From Escherichia coli (lineage in GTDB: Bacteria; Pseudomonadota; Gammaproteobacteria; Enterobacterales; Enterobacteriaceae), in NCBI RefSeq assembly GCF_045344995.1, contig NZ_CP148331.1: a DNA stretch of 32,000 nucleotides; one strand, written 5' to 3'. The notes under the pieces are model-generated. The model saw only the letters and a list, made by a program, of their open reading frames with translations, made no database searches and was not told the origin of the DNA. Made by a program: the position numbers and the translations under genes. Every line of letters starts with the position of its first letter. Position 1 is the first letter of the stretch. Shown piece by piece: positions 15,354 through 26,685 of the stretch.

Positions 15354-16544
15354 CTAATCTTTTACCCTGCCACTCGCCAGCGATTCCATATAGTCGGCAT
15401 ACCATTGAAGCATTTCCCGGCGTCCATCCAGATAGCGGGCATGATTATATGTGCCACGGATGGTATTTTTATCAACATGTGCAAGCTGGGTTTCGATCCA
15501 TTCGGTGTTATACCCTTTCTCATACAAAATTGTGCTCATGGTATGTCGGAAACCATGCCCGCAAGCTTTGCCCTTATACCCGAGTCGCTTTATTAGCTGA
15601 TTAATTGCTCCTTCACTCATTGGCTTTCGCGGGTCGTTCCGGCCCGGAAAAATGAAAGGATTGCGGCCCGACAACTCTTTTAATTGCCCGAGAATAACCA
15701 TAGCCTGGCGAGAAAGCGGGACAACGTGCGGACGTCTTTTCTTCATTCGCTCTTTGGGGATCTCCCACAAGGCATTATCAAAATCAATCTCTGACCACGG
15801 GGCCGCGCGTAATTCAACCGGACGTAACCCCACAAGGATAAGCAGACGCAGCCCCAAAATAACCTGAACGTTACTTTTTGCCGTCGCCAGCGTCTGGAAA
15901 AATTCGGGTAACTCTTCGGCTTCCAGATGGGGGAAGTGCTCCCCTTCGTGTCCTTCCATAGCCACAGACAGATCGGGCGCGGGGTTATATTCTGCGCGGG
16001 CTGTTACGATCGCATACTTCCAGACCTCGCCGCACCACTGGCGAACCTTGCGGGCCTTTTCCGTCGCTCCCCTGCTCTCAATACGTTTAAGCGTATTCAG
16101 CAAATCAAGGGGCTTTATTTCCGTGATGGGGCGTTTTCCAATCCAGGGGAATATGTCTTTACTGAATGCTTCCAGGATGTCCGAGGCGTACCCCTCAGAC
16201 CATTTCTTCTGCCGTTCTGTATGCCACTCTCTGGCGATTTCTTCGAAGGTGTTTTTGATTTGCGCTTCGCGGTTCAATTTTTCTTCCCGCTTCGCTTCGT
16301 TCGGGTCGATCCCCCCAGCCATACCCCTTTTGGCCTCATCTCGTTTCGACCTGGCATCAGCCAGGGTTACATCGGGATATACCCCCAGCGCCAACAGCTT
16401 TTCTTTTCCGGCTACCCGGTACTTTAAACGCCAGTACCGGGAACCATTGGGATTAACAAGCAGATAAAGCCCACCACCATCGGCCAGTTTATAGGGTTTT
16501 TCTTTCGGTTTGGCCGTATCGACCTGACGGGCATTTAGTTTCAT
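15354..16544 (-). CDS. P4-type tyrosine integrase (DUF4102 N-terminal domain)
   Basis: MKLNARQVDTAKPKEKPYKLADGGGLYLLVNPNGSRYWRLKYR...; catalytic motifs GLRPVELRAAPWSEID, HGFRHTMSTILYEKG, TYNHARYLDGRREMLQWYADY; located next to thrW. Confidence 0.96.
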   Translation of the reverse strand: MKLNARQVDTAKPKEKPYKLADGGGLYLLVNPNGSRYWRLKYRVAGKEKLLALGVYPDVTLADARSKRDEAKRGMAGGIDPNEAKREEKLNREAQIKNTFEEIAREWHTERQKKWSEGYASDILEAFSKDIFPWIGKRPITEIKPLDLLNTLKRIESRGATEKARKVRQWCGEVWKYAIVTARAEYNPAPDLSVAMEGHEGEHFPHLEAEELPEFFQTLATAKSNVQVILGLRLLILVGLRPVELRAAPWSEIDFDNALWEIPKERMKKRRPHVVPLSRQAMVILGQLKELSGRNPFIFPGRNDPRKPMSEGAINQLIKRLGYKGKACGHGFRHTMSTILYEKGYNTEWIETQLAHVDKNTIRGTYNHARYLDGRREMLQWYADYMESLASGRVKD

Positions 16545-16546
16545 TT

Positions 16547-16595
16547 GGGGGTATCTCCAGTAGCCCACACAGCATATACCCCCGAATATACCCCC
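16547..16595. promoter_or_regulatory. Putative integrase arm-type sites (right)
   Basis: TACCCCC at 16577-16583 and 16589-16595 (12 bp period) plus inverted GGGGGTA at 16547-16553. Confidence 0.5.
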
Positions 16596-16706
16596 AAAAG
16601 ACGTAGATTTTAGGAGATATTGATAGACGTTAAAACACTATCAGGGGCGCTCAAAGCTAGAGTATATGCAGGTTTGTTGGATTTTAATAGACGGGAAAAT
16701 ACGTTG

Positions 16707-16733
16707 AAATGGTGCCGATAATAGGAGTCGAAC
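16707..16733. other. thrW-proximal attachment site core of the element
   Basis: 3' end of tRNA-Thr; similar sequence recurs at 5036-5061. Confidence 0.7.
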
Positions 16734-16785
16734 CTACGACCTTCGCATTACGAATGCGCTGCTCTACCAACTGAGCTATATCGGC
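16710..16785 (-). tRNA. thrW: tRNA-Thr (anticodon CGT)
   Basis: GCCGATATAGCTCAGTTGGTAGAGCAGCGCATTCGTAATGCGAAGGTCGTAGGTTCGACTCCTATTATCGGCACCA on the minus strand; full cloverleaf, CCA encoded. Confidence 0.98.
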
Positions 16786-16899
16786 CCTGAAAGGACATGT
16801 TCACGAACGTGAATCACGGTGGACAAGGTTAAAACTAACCGGGCGATGCGTCAATGGCCTTGTGAATCAAATGGCTACTTTTGCATCACCCGGTTTTAT

Positions 16900-18153
16900 T
16901 TACGCACGAATGGTGTAATCACCAATGCCGATCCACTTGTAAGTGGTCAGTGCTTCCAGCCCCATTGGGCCACGCGCGTGGAGTTTTTGTGTGCTTACCG
17001 CCACTTCCGCACCCAGACCAAACTGGCCGCCGTCGGTAAAACGCGTAGAGGCGTTAACGTAAACAGCGGACGAATCCACTTCGTTAACAAAACGCTGGGC
17101 GTTGCGCATATCGCGAGTCAGGATCGCATCGGAGTGTTGCGTGCCGTGTTCACGAATATGGGCGATGGCATCGTCAAGATCGCTGACGATTTTGACGTTC
17201 AAATCTAATGACAGAAACTCATCGTCATACTCTTCCGCTTTAACAGCCACCACCTTCGCGGGGCCTGTCTGCAACTGCGCCAGTGCACCTGCATCAGCGT
17301 GTAACGTCACGCCACTTTCCGCCATTTGTTTGCTTAATGCGGGCAGGAAACTATCGGCGATGTTTTTATTCACCAGCAACGTTTCAACCGTATTACATGT
17401 GCTCGGTCGCTGAGTTTTCGCGTTGACGATCACTTTTAATGCTTCAGCGATCTCCGCGCTTTCATCAACGTAAATATGGCATACGCCTATACCACCTGTG
17501 ATCACCGGGATCGTCGACTGTTCGCGGCACAGTTTATGCAGGCCAGCGCCACCACGCGGGATCAGCATGTCGATGTATTTATCCATACGCAGCATTTCAC
17601 TGACCAGCGCACGGTCAGGATTATCAATCGCCTGCACGGCACCCGCCGGTAAGCCGCAGGATTTCAGGGCGTCCTGAATCACCGCCACCGTTGCAGCGTT
17701 AGTGCGACAGGTTTCTTTGCCACCACGCAGGATCACTGCGTTACCGGTTTTCAGGCACAGCGAAGCGACATCAACCGTCACGTTCGGGCGAGCTTCATAA
17801 ATCACGCCAATAACCCCCAGCGGTACGCGACGACGCTCAAGACGCAGGCCGCTGTCCAGTACGCCACCATCAATCACCTGCCCCACCGGATCGGCGAGGT
17901 TGCACACCTGGCGCACATCATCGGCAATGCCTTTCAGCCGTGCGGGCGTCAGTGCCAGACGGTCAAGCATCGCTTCGCTAAGGCCATTGGCACGCGCGTC
18001 AGCAACATCCTGGGCGTTAGCGTTGAGGATGATTTCGCTTTGTGCTTCCAGTTCATCGGCGATTTTTTCCAGCACGCGATTTTTTTCGCGGCTGGAGAGT
18101 TGCGCTAATTTATACGAGGCTTGCTTTGCGGCAATGCCCATTTGTTCCAGCAT
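16900..18153 (-). CDS. proA: Glutamate-5-semialdehyde dehydrogenase (gamma-glutamyl phosphate reductase)
   Basis: 417 aa, [38 protein letters not shown]...; adjacent to proB. Confidence 0.99.
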   Translation of the reverse strand: MLEQMGIAAKQASYKLAQLSSREKNRVLEKIADELEAQSEIILNANAQDVADARANGLSEAMLDRLALTPARLKGIADDVRQVCNLADPVGQVIDGGVLDSGLRLERRRVPLGVIGVIYEARPNVTVDVASLCLKTGNAVILRGGKETCRTNAATVAVIQDALKSCGLPAGAVQAIDNPDRALVSEMLRMDKYIDMLIPRGGAGLHKLCREQSTIPVITGGIGVCHIYVDESAEIAEALKVIVNAKTQRPSTCNTVETLLVNKNIADSFLPALSKQMAESGVTLHADAGALAQLQTGPAKVVAVKAEEYDDEFLSLDLNVKIVSDLDDAIAHIREHGTQHSDAILTRDMRNAQRFVNEVDSSAVYVNASTRFTDGGQFGLGAEVAVSTQKLHARGPMGLEALTTYKWIGIGDYTIRA

Positions 18154-18164
18154 CGGCCAGCTCC

Positions 18165-19268
18165 TTAACGGGTAATCATGTCATCACGGTGAACGGCAAC
18201 CGGGCCATATTCATATCCCAGTATTGCATCAATTTCTTGCGAGTGGTGTCCAGCAATACGGCGTAATGCATCGCTGTTGTAACGACTGACGCCGTGGGCG
18301 ATATCGCGACCTTCGAGGTTGCAAATGCGGATGACTTCACCACGCGAGAAATTGCCAGTCACGCTTTTAATACCTTTCGGCAACAGGGAGCTGCCGCGTT
18401 CAAGAATGGCGGCGGTTGCCCCTTCATCTACCGTGATTTCACCCGCAGGTGGTGCACCGAAAATCCAGCGTTTACGGTTTTCAAGCGGGGTCGCCTGGGC
18501 ATGAAACAGGGTACCGACGGAAATGCCTTCCATCACATCACCAATAACGCCCGGCTTGCTGCCCGCGGCAATAATGGTGTCGATACCCGCACGGCAAGCC
18601 ACGTCCGCGGCCTGCAATTTGGTACTCATGCCGCCAGTTCCGAGGCCTGAAACGCTGTCGCCAGCAATCGCGCGCAGTGCGTCATCAATGCCGTAAACAT
18701 CTTTAATCAGTTCTGCCTGCGGATTGCTGCGCGGGTCAGCGGTATACAAACCTTTTTGATCGGTCAGCAGCAACAGTTTATCGGCACCCGCCAGAATCGC
18801 CGCCAGCGCAGAAAGGTTATCGTTATCGCCGACCTTAATCTCTGCAGTAGCGACAGCATCGTTCTCATTGATTACCGGAACGATATTGTTATCGAGCAAC
18901 GCTCGCAGGGTGTCGCGGGCGTTCAGGAAGCGTTCACGGTCTTCCATATCAGCACGGGTCAGCAGCATTTGCCCGACGTGAATGCCATAAATCGAAAACA
19001 GCTGTTCCCACAGTTGAATCAGTCGACTCTGCCCTACCGCCGCCAGCAGTTGTTTCGAGGCGATAGTCGCTGGCAGTTCCGGGTAACCCAGGTGCTCACG
19101 TCCGGCGGCGATCGCGCCCGACGTCACAATAACAATCCGATGCCCGGCGGCATGTAACTGCGCGCACTGGCGAACAAGTTCAACGATATGGGCACGGTTC
19201 AGACGGCGCGATCCGCCTGTTAGCACACTGGTGCCGAGTTTTACCACCAGCGTCTGGCTGTCACTCAT
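18165..19268 (-). CDS. proB: Glutamate 5-kinase
   Basis: [35 protein letters not shown]...; start at 19268 (ORF-track start 19355 is upstream). Confidence 0.99.
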
Positions 19269-19457
19269 GATTCTCTGCCATTCAATTTTAGGAAAAATGA
19301 TATCAAACGAACGTTTTAGCAGGACTGTCGTCGGTTGCCAACCATCTGCGAGCAAAGCATGGTGTTTTGTTGCGCGGGATCAGCAAGCGTAGCGGCAGTT
19401 GTTTACGCTTTTATTACAGATTTAATAAATTACCACATTTTAAGAATATTATTAATC

Positions 19458-19474
19458 TGTAATATATCTTTAAC
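19458..19474 (+). promoter_or_regulatory. Candidate Pho box upstream of phoE
   Basis: CTGTAATATATCTTTAA upstream of phoE; PhoB-regulated in E. coli. Confidence 0.65.
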
Positions 19475-19555
19475 AATCTCAGGTTAAAAACTTTCCTGTT
19501 TTCAACGGGACTCTCCCGCTGAATATTCGCGCGTTAATTAAAATCAGGAATGAAA

Positions 19556-20611
19556 ATGAAAAAGAGCACTCTGGCATTAGTGGTGATGGGCATTGTGGCA
19601 TCTGCATCCGTACAGGCCGCAGAAATATATAACAAAGACGGTAATAAACTGGATGTCTATGGCAAAGTTAAAGCCATGCATTATATGAGTGATAACGACA
19701 GTAAAGATGGCGACCAGAGTTATATCCGTTTTGGTTTTAAAGGCGAAACACAAATTAACGATCAATTGACCGGTTATGGTCGCTGGGAAGCAGAGTTTGC
19801 CGGTAATAAAGCAGAGAGTGATACTGCACAGCAAAAAACACGTCTCGCTTTTGCCGGGTTGAAATATAAAGATTTGGGTTCTTTCGATTATGGTCGTAAC
19901 CTGGGCGCGTTGTATGACGTGGAAGCCTGGACCGATATGTTTCCGGAATTTGGTGGCGACTCCTCGGCGCAGACCGACAACTTTATGACCAAACGCGCCA
20001 GCGGTCTGGCGACGTATCGGAACACCGACTTCTTCGGCGTTATCGATGGCCTGAACTTAACCCTGCAATATCAAGGGAAAAACGAAAACCGCGACGTTAA
20101 AAAGCAAAACGGCGATGGCTTCGGTACGTCATTGACATATGACTTTGGTGGCAGCGATTTCGCCATCAGTGGGGCCTATACCAACTCCGATCGCACTAAC
20201 GAGCAGAACCTGCAAAGCCGTGGCACAGGCAAGCGTGCAGAAGCATGGGCAACAGGTCTGAAATACGATGCCAATAATATTTATCTGGCAACTTTCTATT
20301 CTGAAACTCGCAAAATGACGCCAATAACTGGCGGCTTTGCCAATAAGACACAGAACTTTGAAGCGGTCGCTCAATACCAGTTTGACTTTGGTCTGCGTCC
20401 GTCGCTGGGTTATGTCTTATCGAAAGGGAAAGATATTGAGGGCATCGGTGATGAAGATCTGGTTAATTATATCGACGTCGGTGCTACGTATTATTTCAAC
20501 AAAAATATGTCGGCATTTGTTGATTATAAAATAAACCAACTGGATAGCGATAATAAGCTGAACATCAATAATGATGATATTGTCGCGGTTGGCATGACCT
20601 ATCAGTTTTAA
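19556..20611 (+). CDS. phoE: Outer membrane phosphoporin E
   Basis: [48 protein letters not shown]...VAVGMTYQF. Confidence 0.98.
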   Translation: MKKSTLALVVMGIVASASVQAAEIYNKDGNKLDVYGKVKAMHYMSDNDSKDGDQSYIRFGFKGETQINDQLTGYGRWEAEFAGNKAESDTAQQKTRLAFAGLKYKDLGSFDYGRNLGALYDVEAWTDMFPEFGGDSSAQTDNFMTKRASGLATYRNTDFFGVIDGLNLTLQYQGKNENRDVKKQNGDGFGTSLTYDFGGSDFAISGAYTNSDRTNEQNLQSRGTGKRAEAWATGLKYDANNIYLATFYSETRKMTPITGGFANKTQNFEAVAQYQFDFGLRPSLGYVLSKGKDIEGIGDEDLVNYIDVGATYYFNKNMSAFVDYKINQLDSDNKLNINNDDIVAVGMTYQF

Positions 20612-20649
20612 TGGATATTGCCGGATGTGATGCATCCGGCACATTTCAC

Positions 20650-21108
<459 letters not shown>

Positions 21109-22353
21109 TTAACACAATCGTTTTTCGATCCAGTCGGTGATTTCCTGAAGACCTTTGTCAAAATTCCGATACACCGGGTTAAATGGGATCTCTAACAATT
21201 TACCGTCAGCAGATGATGAGGTGATTAAGCGTGAGTCCTCTTCCGGGCTGAACGGATCGTTCTTCCAGTAGCCTGATAACATTGGCGTTGGGCAACGACG
21301 TCCCAGCAATCCTTGCACTTTTAATGAATAGCGATTCAACTCCACGCGTAACGCTTCGTCGGAAGCATCATGCATCCCCAAACGACTCGCCAGAACGTCA
21401 AGATACATTTCCGGCACCTGTTGCTGGCACTTAAAATCACTCAACAGGGTATGAACTACCGGACCAAGACAGGCAACCGCTTTCAGACGCGGCGATTCAA
21501 GGTATGCCAGACGTACGGCAACGTTAGCGCCGAAACGGAAACCAAAGGCCGCGACGCGAGTGTGATCTACCCACGGTACGTTAGGCAGCGCCTTTAAGAC
21601 GTGCTGATGCAACAGGCTGGAGTCCTGGGTGAGCTTCCATTTTGAAGAAAAGCCCACCGACGGCATATCAATAGTCAGCATCGCAATGCCGCGCGGCGCA
21701 AAATAACGTTCATACAGGCTGTAATAGTCCGTCTGCATCGCATCCAGACCACCACACATTAATACTGTCGGGAACGGGCCATCACCTTTCGGCATATGCA
21801 AAAAGCCGGTGATGGGCGCACCGCCGGGTACGGTAAACTCCATCTGCCGCATCGTGCCCGGCAGACGCTGAGCGGCCTCTTCATAGGCGCGGTTTGACAA
21901 AGCCTGCGCTTGCTCGGCCAGGTCATCTCCTTTCAGATGAGGATAGGCGGCAATGTTGTACAACGTAGCCGCATGCAGCCAGTGACGACCACTGAGTTGC
22001 GGATCTTCTTCCGCACAGGCTTTTTGTTGCCACACCATCGCCTGGGTGGCCCACTCATAAATCCAGTTGCCACCACGGTAGCCAATCACCGTATCGTATA
22101 AATCATCGTCGGTACGTTCGGCATCGCTCATCACAATACGCGCCTGGACGTCGAGGATTTCACGTGGGTCAATGCCGCGCCAGATCCACATCAAACGGTT
22201 AATCATGCGATACCAGTGAGGGATGGTTTTACCATCAAGGGCCGACTGCACAGGCGGTTGTGCGCCGTGATTAAAGCGGCGAACTAGCGTCGAGGTTTCA
22301 GGATGTTTAAAGCGGGGTTTGAACAGGGTTTCGCTCAGGTTTGCCTGTGTCAT
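21109..22353 (-). CDS. frsA: Esterase FrsA
   Basis: 414 aa, [60 protein letters not shown]... Confidence 0.97.
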
Positions 22354-22444
22354 GGATGCAGCCTCCAGAATACTTACTGGAAACTATTGTAACCCGCCTG
22401 AAGTTAAAAAGAACAACGCCCGGCAGTGCCAGGCGTTGAAAAGA

Positions 22445-22903
22445 TTAGCGACCGGAGATTGGCGGGACGAATACGACGCCCATATCCCACGGTTGTTCGA
22501 TCCAGGTATCTTGCGGGATATCAACAACATAATCATCAACCAGCGGACGACCAGCCGGTTTTGCGAAGATGGTGACAAAGTGCGCTTTTGGATACATTTC
22601 ACGAATCGCAACCGCAGTACCACCGGTATCCACCAGGTCATCAATAACGATGAAGCCTTCGCCATCGCCTTCTGCGCGTTTCAGCACTTTAAGCTCGCGC
22701 TGGTTGTCGTGATCGTAGCTGGAAATACAAACGGTATCGACATGACGAATACCCAGTTCACGCGCCAGTAACGCACCCGGTACCAGACCGCCACGGCTTA
22801 CGGCAATAATGCCTTTCCATTGTTCAGAAGGCATCAGTCGGCTTGCGAGTTTACGTGCATGGATCTGCAACATGTCCCAGGTGACGATGTATTTTTCGCT
22901 CAT
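22445..22903 (-). CDS. gpt: Xanthine-guanine phosphoribosyltransferase
   Basis: 152 aa, [58 protein letters not shown]. Confidence 0.99.
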
Positions 22904-23163
22904 GTGAAGTGTCCCAGCCTGTTTATCTACGGCTTAAAAAGTGTTCGAGGGGAAAATAGGTTGCGCGAGATTATAGAGATCTGGCGCACTAAAAACCAGT
23001 ATTTCACATGAGTCCGCGTCTTTTTACGCACTGCCTCTCCCTGACGCGGGATAAAGTGGTATTCTCAAACATATCTCGCAAGCCTGTCTTGTGTTGACAA
23101 CATTTTCTGCTAACCCTGTGACCTGCAATACTGTTTTGCGGGTGATCGACAAGGAGACTTAAC

Positions 23164-24621
23164 GTGTCTGAACTGTCTCAATTATCTCCACAGCCGCTGT
23201 GGGATATTTTTGCCAAAATCTGTTCTATTCCTCACCCGTCCTATCATGAAGAGCAACTCGCTGAATACATTGTTGGTTGGGCAAAAGAGAAAGGTTTCCA
23301 TGTCGAACGCGATCAGGTAGGTAATATCCTGATTCGTAAACCTGCTACCGCAGGTATGGAAAATCGTAAACCGGTCGTCTTGCAGGCCCACCTCGATATG
23401 GTGCCGCAGAAAAATAACGACACCGTGCATGACTTCACTAAAGATCCTATCCAGCCTTATATTGATGGTGAATGGGTTAAAGCGCGCGGCACCACGCTGG
23501 GTGCGGATAACGGCATTGGTATGGCGTCTGCGCTGGCGGTTCTGGCTGACGAAAACGTGGTTCACGGCCCGCTGGAAGTGCTGCTGACCATGACCGAAGA
23601 AGCCGGTATGGATGGTGCTTTTGGCTTACAGAGCAACTGGTTGCAGGCTGATATTCTGATTAACACCGACTCCGAAGAGGAAGGTGAAATCTACATGGGT
23701 TGCGCGGGGGGTATCGACTTTACCTCCAACCTGCATTTAGATCGTGAAGCGGTTCCAGCTGGCTTTGAAACCTTCAAGTTAACCTTAAAAGGCCTGAAAG
23801 GCGGTCACTCCGGCGGTGAAATCCACGTTGGCCTGGGTAATGCCAACAAACTGCTGGTGCGCTTCCTGGCGGGTCATGCAGAAGAACTGGACCTGCGCCT
23901 TATCGATTTCAACGGCGGCACACTGCGTAACGCCATCCCGCGTGAAGCCTTTGCGACCATTGCTGTCGCAGCTGATAAAGTCGACGCTTTGAAATCTCTG
24001 GTGAATACCTATCAGGAGATCCTGAAAAACGAGCTGGCAGAGAAAGAGAAAAATCTGGCCTTGTTGCTGGACTCTGTTGCGAACGATAAAGCTGCCCTGA
24101 TTGCGAAATCTCGCGATACCTTTATTCGTCTGCTGAACGCCACCCCGAACGGTGTGATCCGCAACTCCGACGTGGCAAAAGGTGTGGTCGAAACCTCCCT
24201 GAACGTCGGTGTGGTGACCATGACTGACAATAACGTAGAAATTCACTGCCTGATCCGTTCTCTGATCGACAGCGGTAAAGACTACGTGGTGAGCATGCTG
24301 GATTCGCTGGGTAAACTGGCTGGCGCGAAAACCGAAGCGAAAGGCGCATATCCTGGCTGGCAGCCGGACGCTAATTCTCCGGTGATGCATCTGGTACGTG
24401 AAACTTATCAGCGTCTGTTCAACAAGACGCCGAACATCCAGATTATCCACGCGGGCCTGGAATGTGGTCTGTTCAAAAAACCGTATCCGGAAATGGACAT
24501 GGTTTCTATCGGGCCAACAATCACCGGTCCACACTCTCCGGATGAGCAAGTTCACATCGAAAGCGTAGGTCATTACTGGACACTGCTGACTGAACTGCTG
24601 AAAGAAATTCCGGCGAAGTAA
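23164..24621 (+). CDS. pepD: Cytosol non-specific dipeptidase (GTG start)
   Basis: 485 aa, MSELSQLSPQPLWDIFAKICSIPHPSYHEEQLAEYIVGWAKEKG; VLQAHLDMV metal-binding motif. Confidence 0.99.
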   Translation: MSELSQLSPQPLWDIFAKICSIPHPSYHEEQLAEYIVGWAKEKGFHVERDQVGNILIRKPATAGMENRKPVVLQAHLDMVPQKNNDTVHDFTKDPIQPYIDGEWVKARGTTLGADNGIGMASALAVLADENVVHGPLEVLLTMTEEAGMDGAFGLQSNWLQADILINTDSEEEGEIYMGCAGGIDFTSNLHLDREAVPAGFETFKLTLKGLKGGHSGGEIHVGLGNANKLLVRFLAGHAEELDLRLIDFNGGTLRNAIPREAFATIAVAADKVDALKSLVNTYQEILKNELAEKEKNLALLLDSVANDKAALIAKSRDTFIRLLNATPNGVIRNSDVAKGVVETSLNVGVVTMTDNNVEIHCLIRSLIDSGKDYVVSMLDSLGKLAGAKTEAKGAYPGWQPDANSPVMHLVRETYQRLFNKTPNIQIIHAGLECGLFKKPYPEMDMVSIGPTITGPHSPDEQVHIESVGHYWTLLTELLKEIPAK

Positions 24622-24633
24622 TTATTTGATTTG

Positions 24634-24665
24634 CTGCCGGATGGCGTTTAATCGCCTTCCGGCAG
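24634..24665. repeat. REP-like palindrome / terminator after pepD
   Basis: CTGCCGGATGGCGTTTAATCGCCTTCCGGCAG. Confidence 0.75.
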
Positions 24666-24677
24666 TTTCATCCTTCA

Positions 24678-25035
24678 TTATCCTTCGATAAAAGCCATCC
24701 CTGTAAATGTCCGTCTCGGGTTGCCACGTTCAATCTGGTGATGGAACATTCGCCGCTGCGATTTCAGCACCGCGCTATTTTCCTGTTGCTGTTGTTCCAG
24801 CTTCCAGGCAATCAGCAATCGCGCCAGCCGCTTGTTAGCATGCCCAGAAACAAGTTTTTGCGCCCATGATGAGGCCGATACGGACTCGGACAAATCCACT
24901 GAATAGTGCCGCACCAACTTTCGCTTAATGCCCATGCGTTATCGCCATCCAGAGAAATCAGCGCCGAACGCAGCGTGTCAGAGTAGCGGCCCGTTTCTGT
25001 TTCCAGCACCGTTACCGCGACGTCTTGCCGGGTAA
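24678..25035 (-). pseudogene. prfH: Decayed peptide chain release factor H (GGQ region deleted, 5' end lost)
   Basis: [60 protein letters not shown] joins out of frame to [54 protein letters not shown]; no GGQ-containing segment between them. Confidence 0.88.
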
Positions 25036-25232
25036 AAACGACCAACAGAGAATAACGCTGCGCCAATCGGGTAGCCGCGTCCGGGGTGTAAATCTGGCAT
25101 CCCTACTACGCGCTGCATGTTGGGTAAATTTGCCGTGGTGTGTAATTGTTGGATCGCTAAACTCTCGATCCACAGGTCATCAGATGCGATGGTAAATACC
25201 GCATCGGATAAGTGACGAATATATTTTCCCAT
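25036..25232 (-). pseudogene. 5' fragment of an RtcB-like RNA ligase (ykfJ-like remnant)
   Basis: [69 protein letters not shown] then abrupt transition into prfH sequence. Confidence 0.8.
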
Positions 25233-25477
25233 GTATCATTCCATTTATACTCGTCATACTTCAAGTTGCATGTACTGCGACTCGAATTATTTAGAGTATA
25301 TAAATATAAAAATCAGGAAATGGCAGACGAATCCAGGGCAAGAAAAAAATAATTAATCCTGGAAAGGTCTGCAAAGAGTCATTGATAAAGGATTTGTCAT
25401 GATTTACCTCCTTGCAGTTTGTGGAATAAGAAAACGCGCACATACCAGGCGGGTGTTATTTTCATTGCAAGCTGAAT

Positions 25478-25930
25478 TTAATGTTGCGGTTTATATCGCA
25501 TAGAAAAATTAGTAAACCACGCTCCCCTGCATTCAACGCGCTGCTGCTTAACTGTCTGAAAACCATAACGTTCAAAAAAGGGTTTTGCGGTTATGCTGGC
25601 GTCCACCGTAAGTTCGGATTCAGACTTAATCAAAGGTTTTAACAAAGCGCTGGCAACCCCACGGCGGGTGTATTCAGGGTCAACAAATAACATATCGATA
25701 TAATGTTCAATGCGGGAAATAAAACCAACCGGTTGTGCATTAATGATCGCAACCCACACTTGTGATTTCGCGAGTTTCTCCTTCCAGCGAGATTCGTCAA
25801 TCTGCGCCCAGGCGGCAATTTGTTGTGGTGAATAATGCTGACTGGCGGTCATCGTAACCGCTCTAAGGAAAATAGCGCATAGTTGCTGAAAATCGCCAGG
25901 CTGATAGTTTCTTATTTGTATGTTATTCAT
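25478..25930 (-). CDS. yafP: GNAT-family N-acetyltransferase
   Basis: MNNIQIRNYQPGDFQQLCAIFLRAVTMTASQHYSPQQIAAWAQID...; dinB-yafN-yafO-yafP context. Confidence 0.95.
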   Translation of the reverse strand: MNNIQIRNYQPGDFQQLCAIFLRAVTMTASQHYSPQQIAAWAQIDESRWKEKLAKSQVWVAIINAQPVGFISRIEHYIDMLFVDPEYTRRGVASALLKPLIKSESELTVDASITAKPFFERYGFQTVKQQRVECRGAWFTNFSMRYKPQH

Positions 25931-25939
25931 AATATAAAT

Positions 25940-26338
25940 TCAAAAACGCATGCGAAACGCTTCTGCCATTTTTCCAATTTTATGCATTTGGTTGTTATCT
26001 CGAGCCAGTTTATGAGGTTCAGGCTTCAGAATGGCAATGAGCAACCATGCTTGCTCATCAAACGCACCCTGACAATATACCAAATGCGCTTCGTCATTCG
26101 TTCTGCTGAATTGGCACAACTGTGGCGGAAATGGATTATTCACATTTGCCAGATGAATATGAGCAACTCGCTCAAATTTGATTAATGGCCAGGTAAACGA
26201 GTCGTCGTAGAGTGCATCGCGACCAAATATATCTGGCAAAATACCGTCACGCTTATAGGAAATAAAATCCGCCGTTAACGCATCAAGTTCCTCTGCTGTA
26301 AGTTGCAGGCGAATAAGTTTTGTTTTGAATACCCGCAT
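25940..26338 (-). CDS. yafO: Type II toxin YafO
   Basis: 132 aa, MRVFKTKLIRLQLTAEELDALTADFISYKRDGILPDIFGRDALYDD. Confidence 0.96.
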   Translation of the reverse strand: MRVFKTKLIRLQLTAEELDALTADFISYKRDGILPDIFGRDALYDDSFTWPLIKFERVAHIHLANVNNPFPPQLCQFSRTNDEAHLVYCQGAFDEQAWLLIAILKPEPHKLARDNNQMHKIGKMAEAFRMRF

Positions 26339-26340
26339 CC

Positions 26341-26634
26341 TTATTCCTTAAAGTTATTGAAATCATCATCCGTCATATCATTAAGATATTGTTCAGCGCG
26401 GCGTGTAATTTCCTCTAATCTTGCAGCACTCGGACGGAAGCGCGCCTTTATGGGCTTTTTCTCCTCTTGTTCAGCAAGCATGTCCATTAACGCTTCGAAT
26501 GCGCTAGCACTTAAGAGATATCCTGCGGGGCGATTATTAGAAAGAACCGCAACCGGTTGATCAATAAAGTATTTAGCTGGGTTTTTACGTAACTCAGTGA
26601 TATTGACCGATTTTTCAGCGAGAATTCGATGCAT
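26341..26634 (-). CDS. yafN: Type II antitoxin YafN
   Basis: 97 aa, MHRILAEKSVNITELRKNPAKYFIDQPVAVLSNNRPAGYLLSASAFEALMD. Confidence 0.96.
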   Translation of the reverse strand: MHRILAEKSVNITELRKNPAKYFIDQPVAVLSNNRPAGYLLSASAFEALMDMLAEQEEKKPIKARFRPSAARLEEITRRAEQYLNDMTDDDFNNFKE

Positions 26635-26685
26635 ACAGTGATCCCCTCATAATAATGCACACTATAATATACATAATAGTATACA

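Noticed and set aside
16927-19157. Plus-strand ORFs antisense to proA/proB
   Set aside because: Well-known core genes on the other strand explain the sequence; the antisense frames are coincidental.
23182-24349. Long antisense ORFs opposite pepD (e.g. 262 aa, 23785-24573)
   Set aside because: Shadow frames of a highly expressed core gene; no supporting motifs.
25233-25477. AT-rich intergenic DNA between yafP and the rtcB remnant considered as a small RNA or further ORF
   Set aside because: No ORF over 60 aa and no clear promoter/terminator pair visible; nothing supportable from sequence alone.
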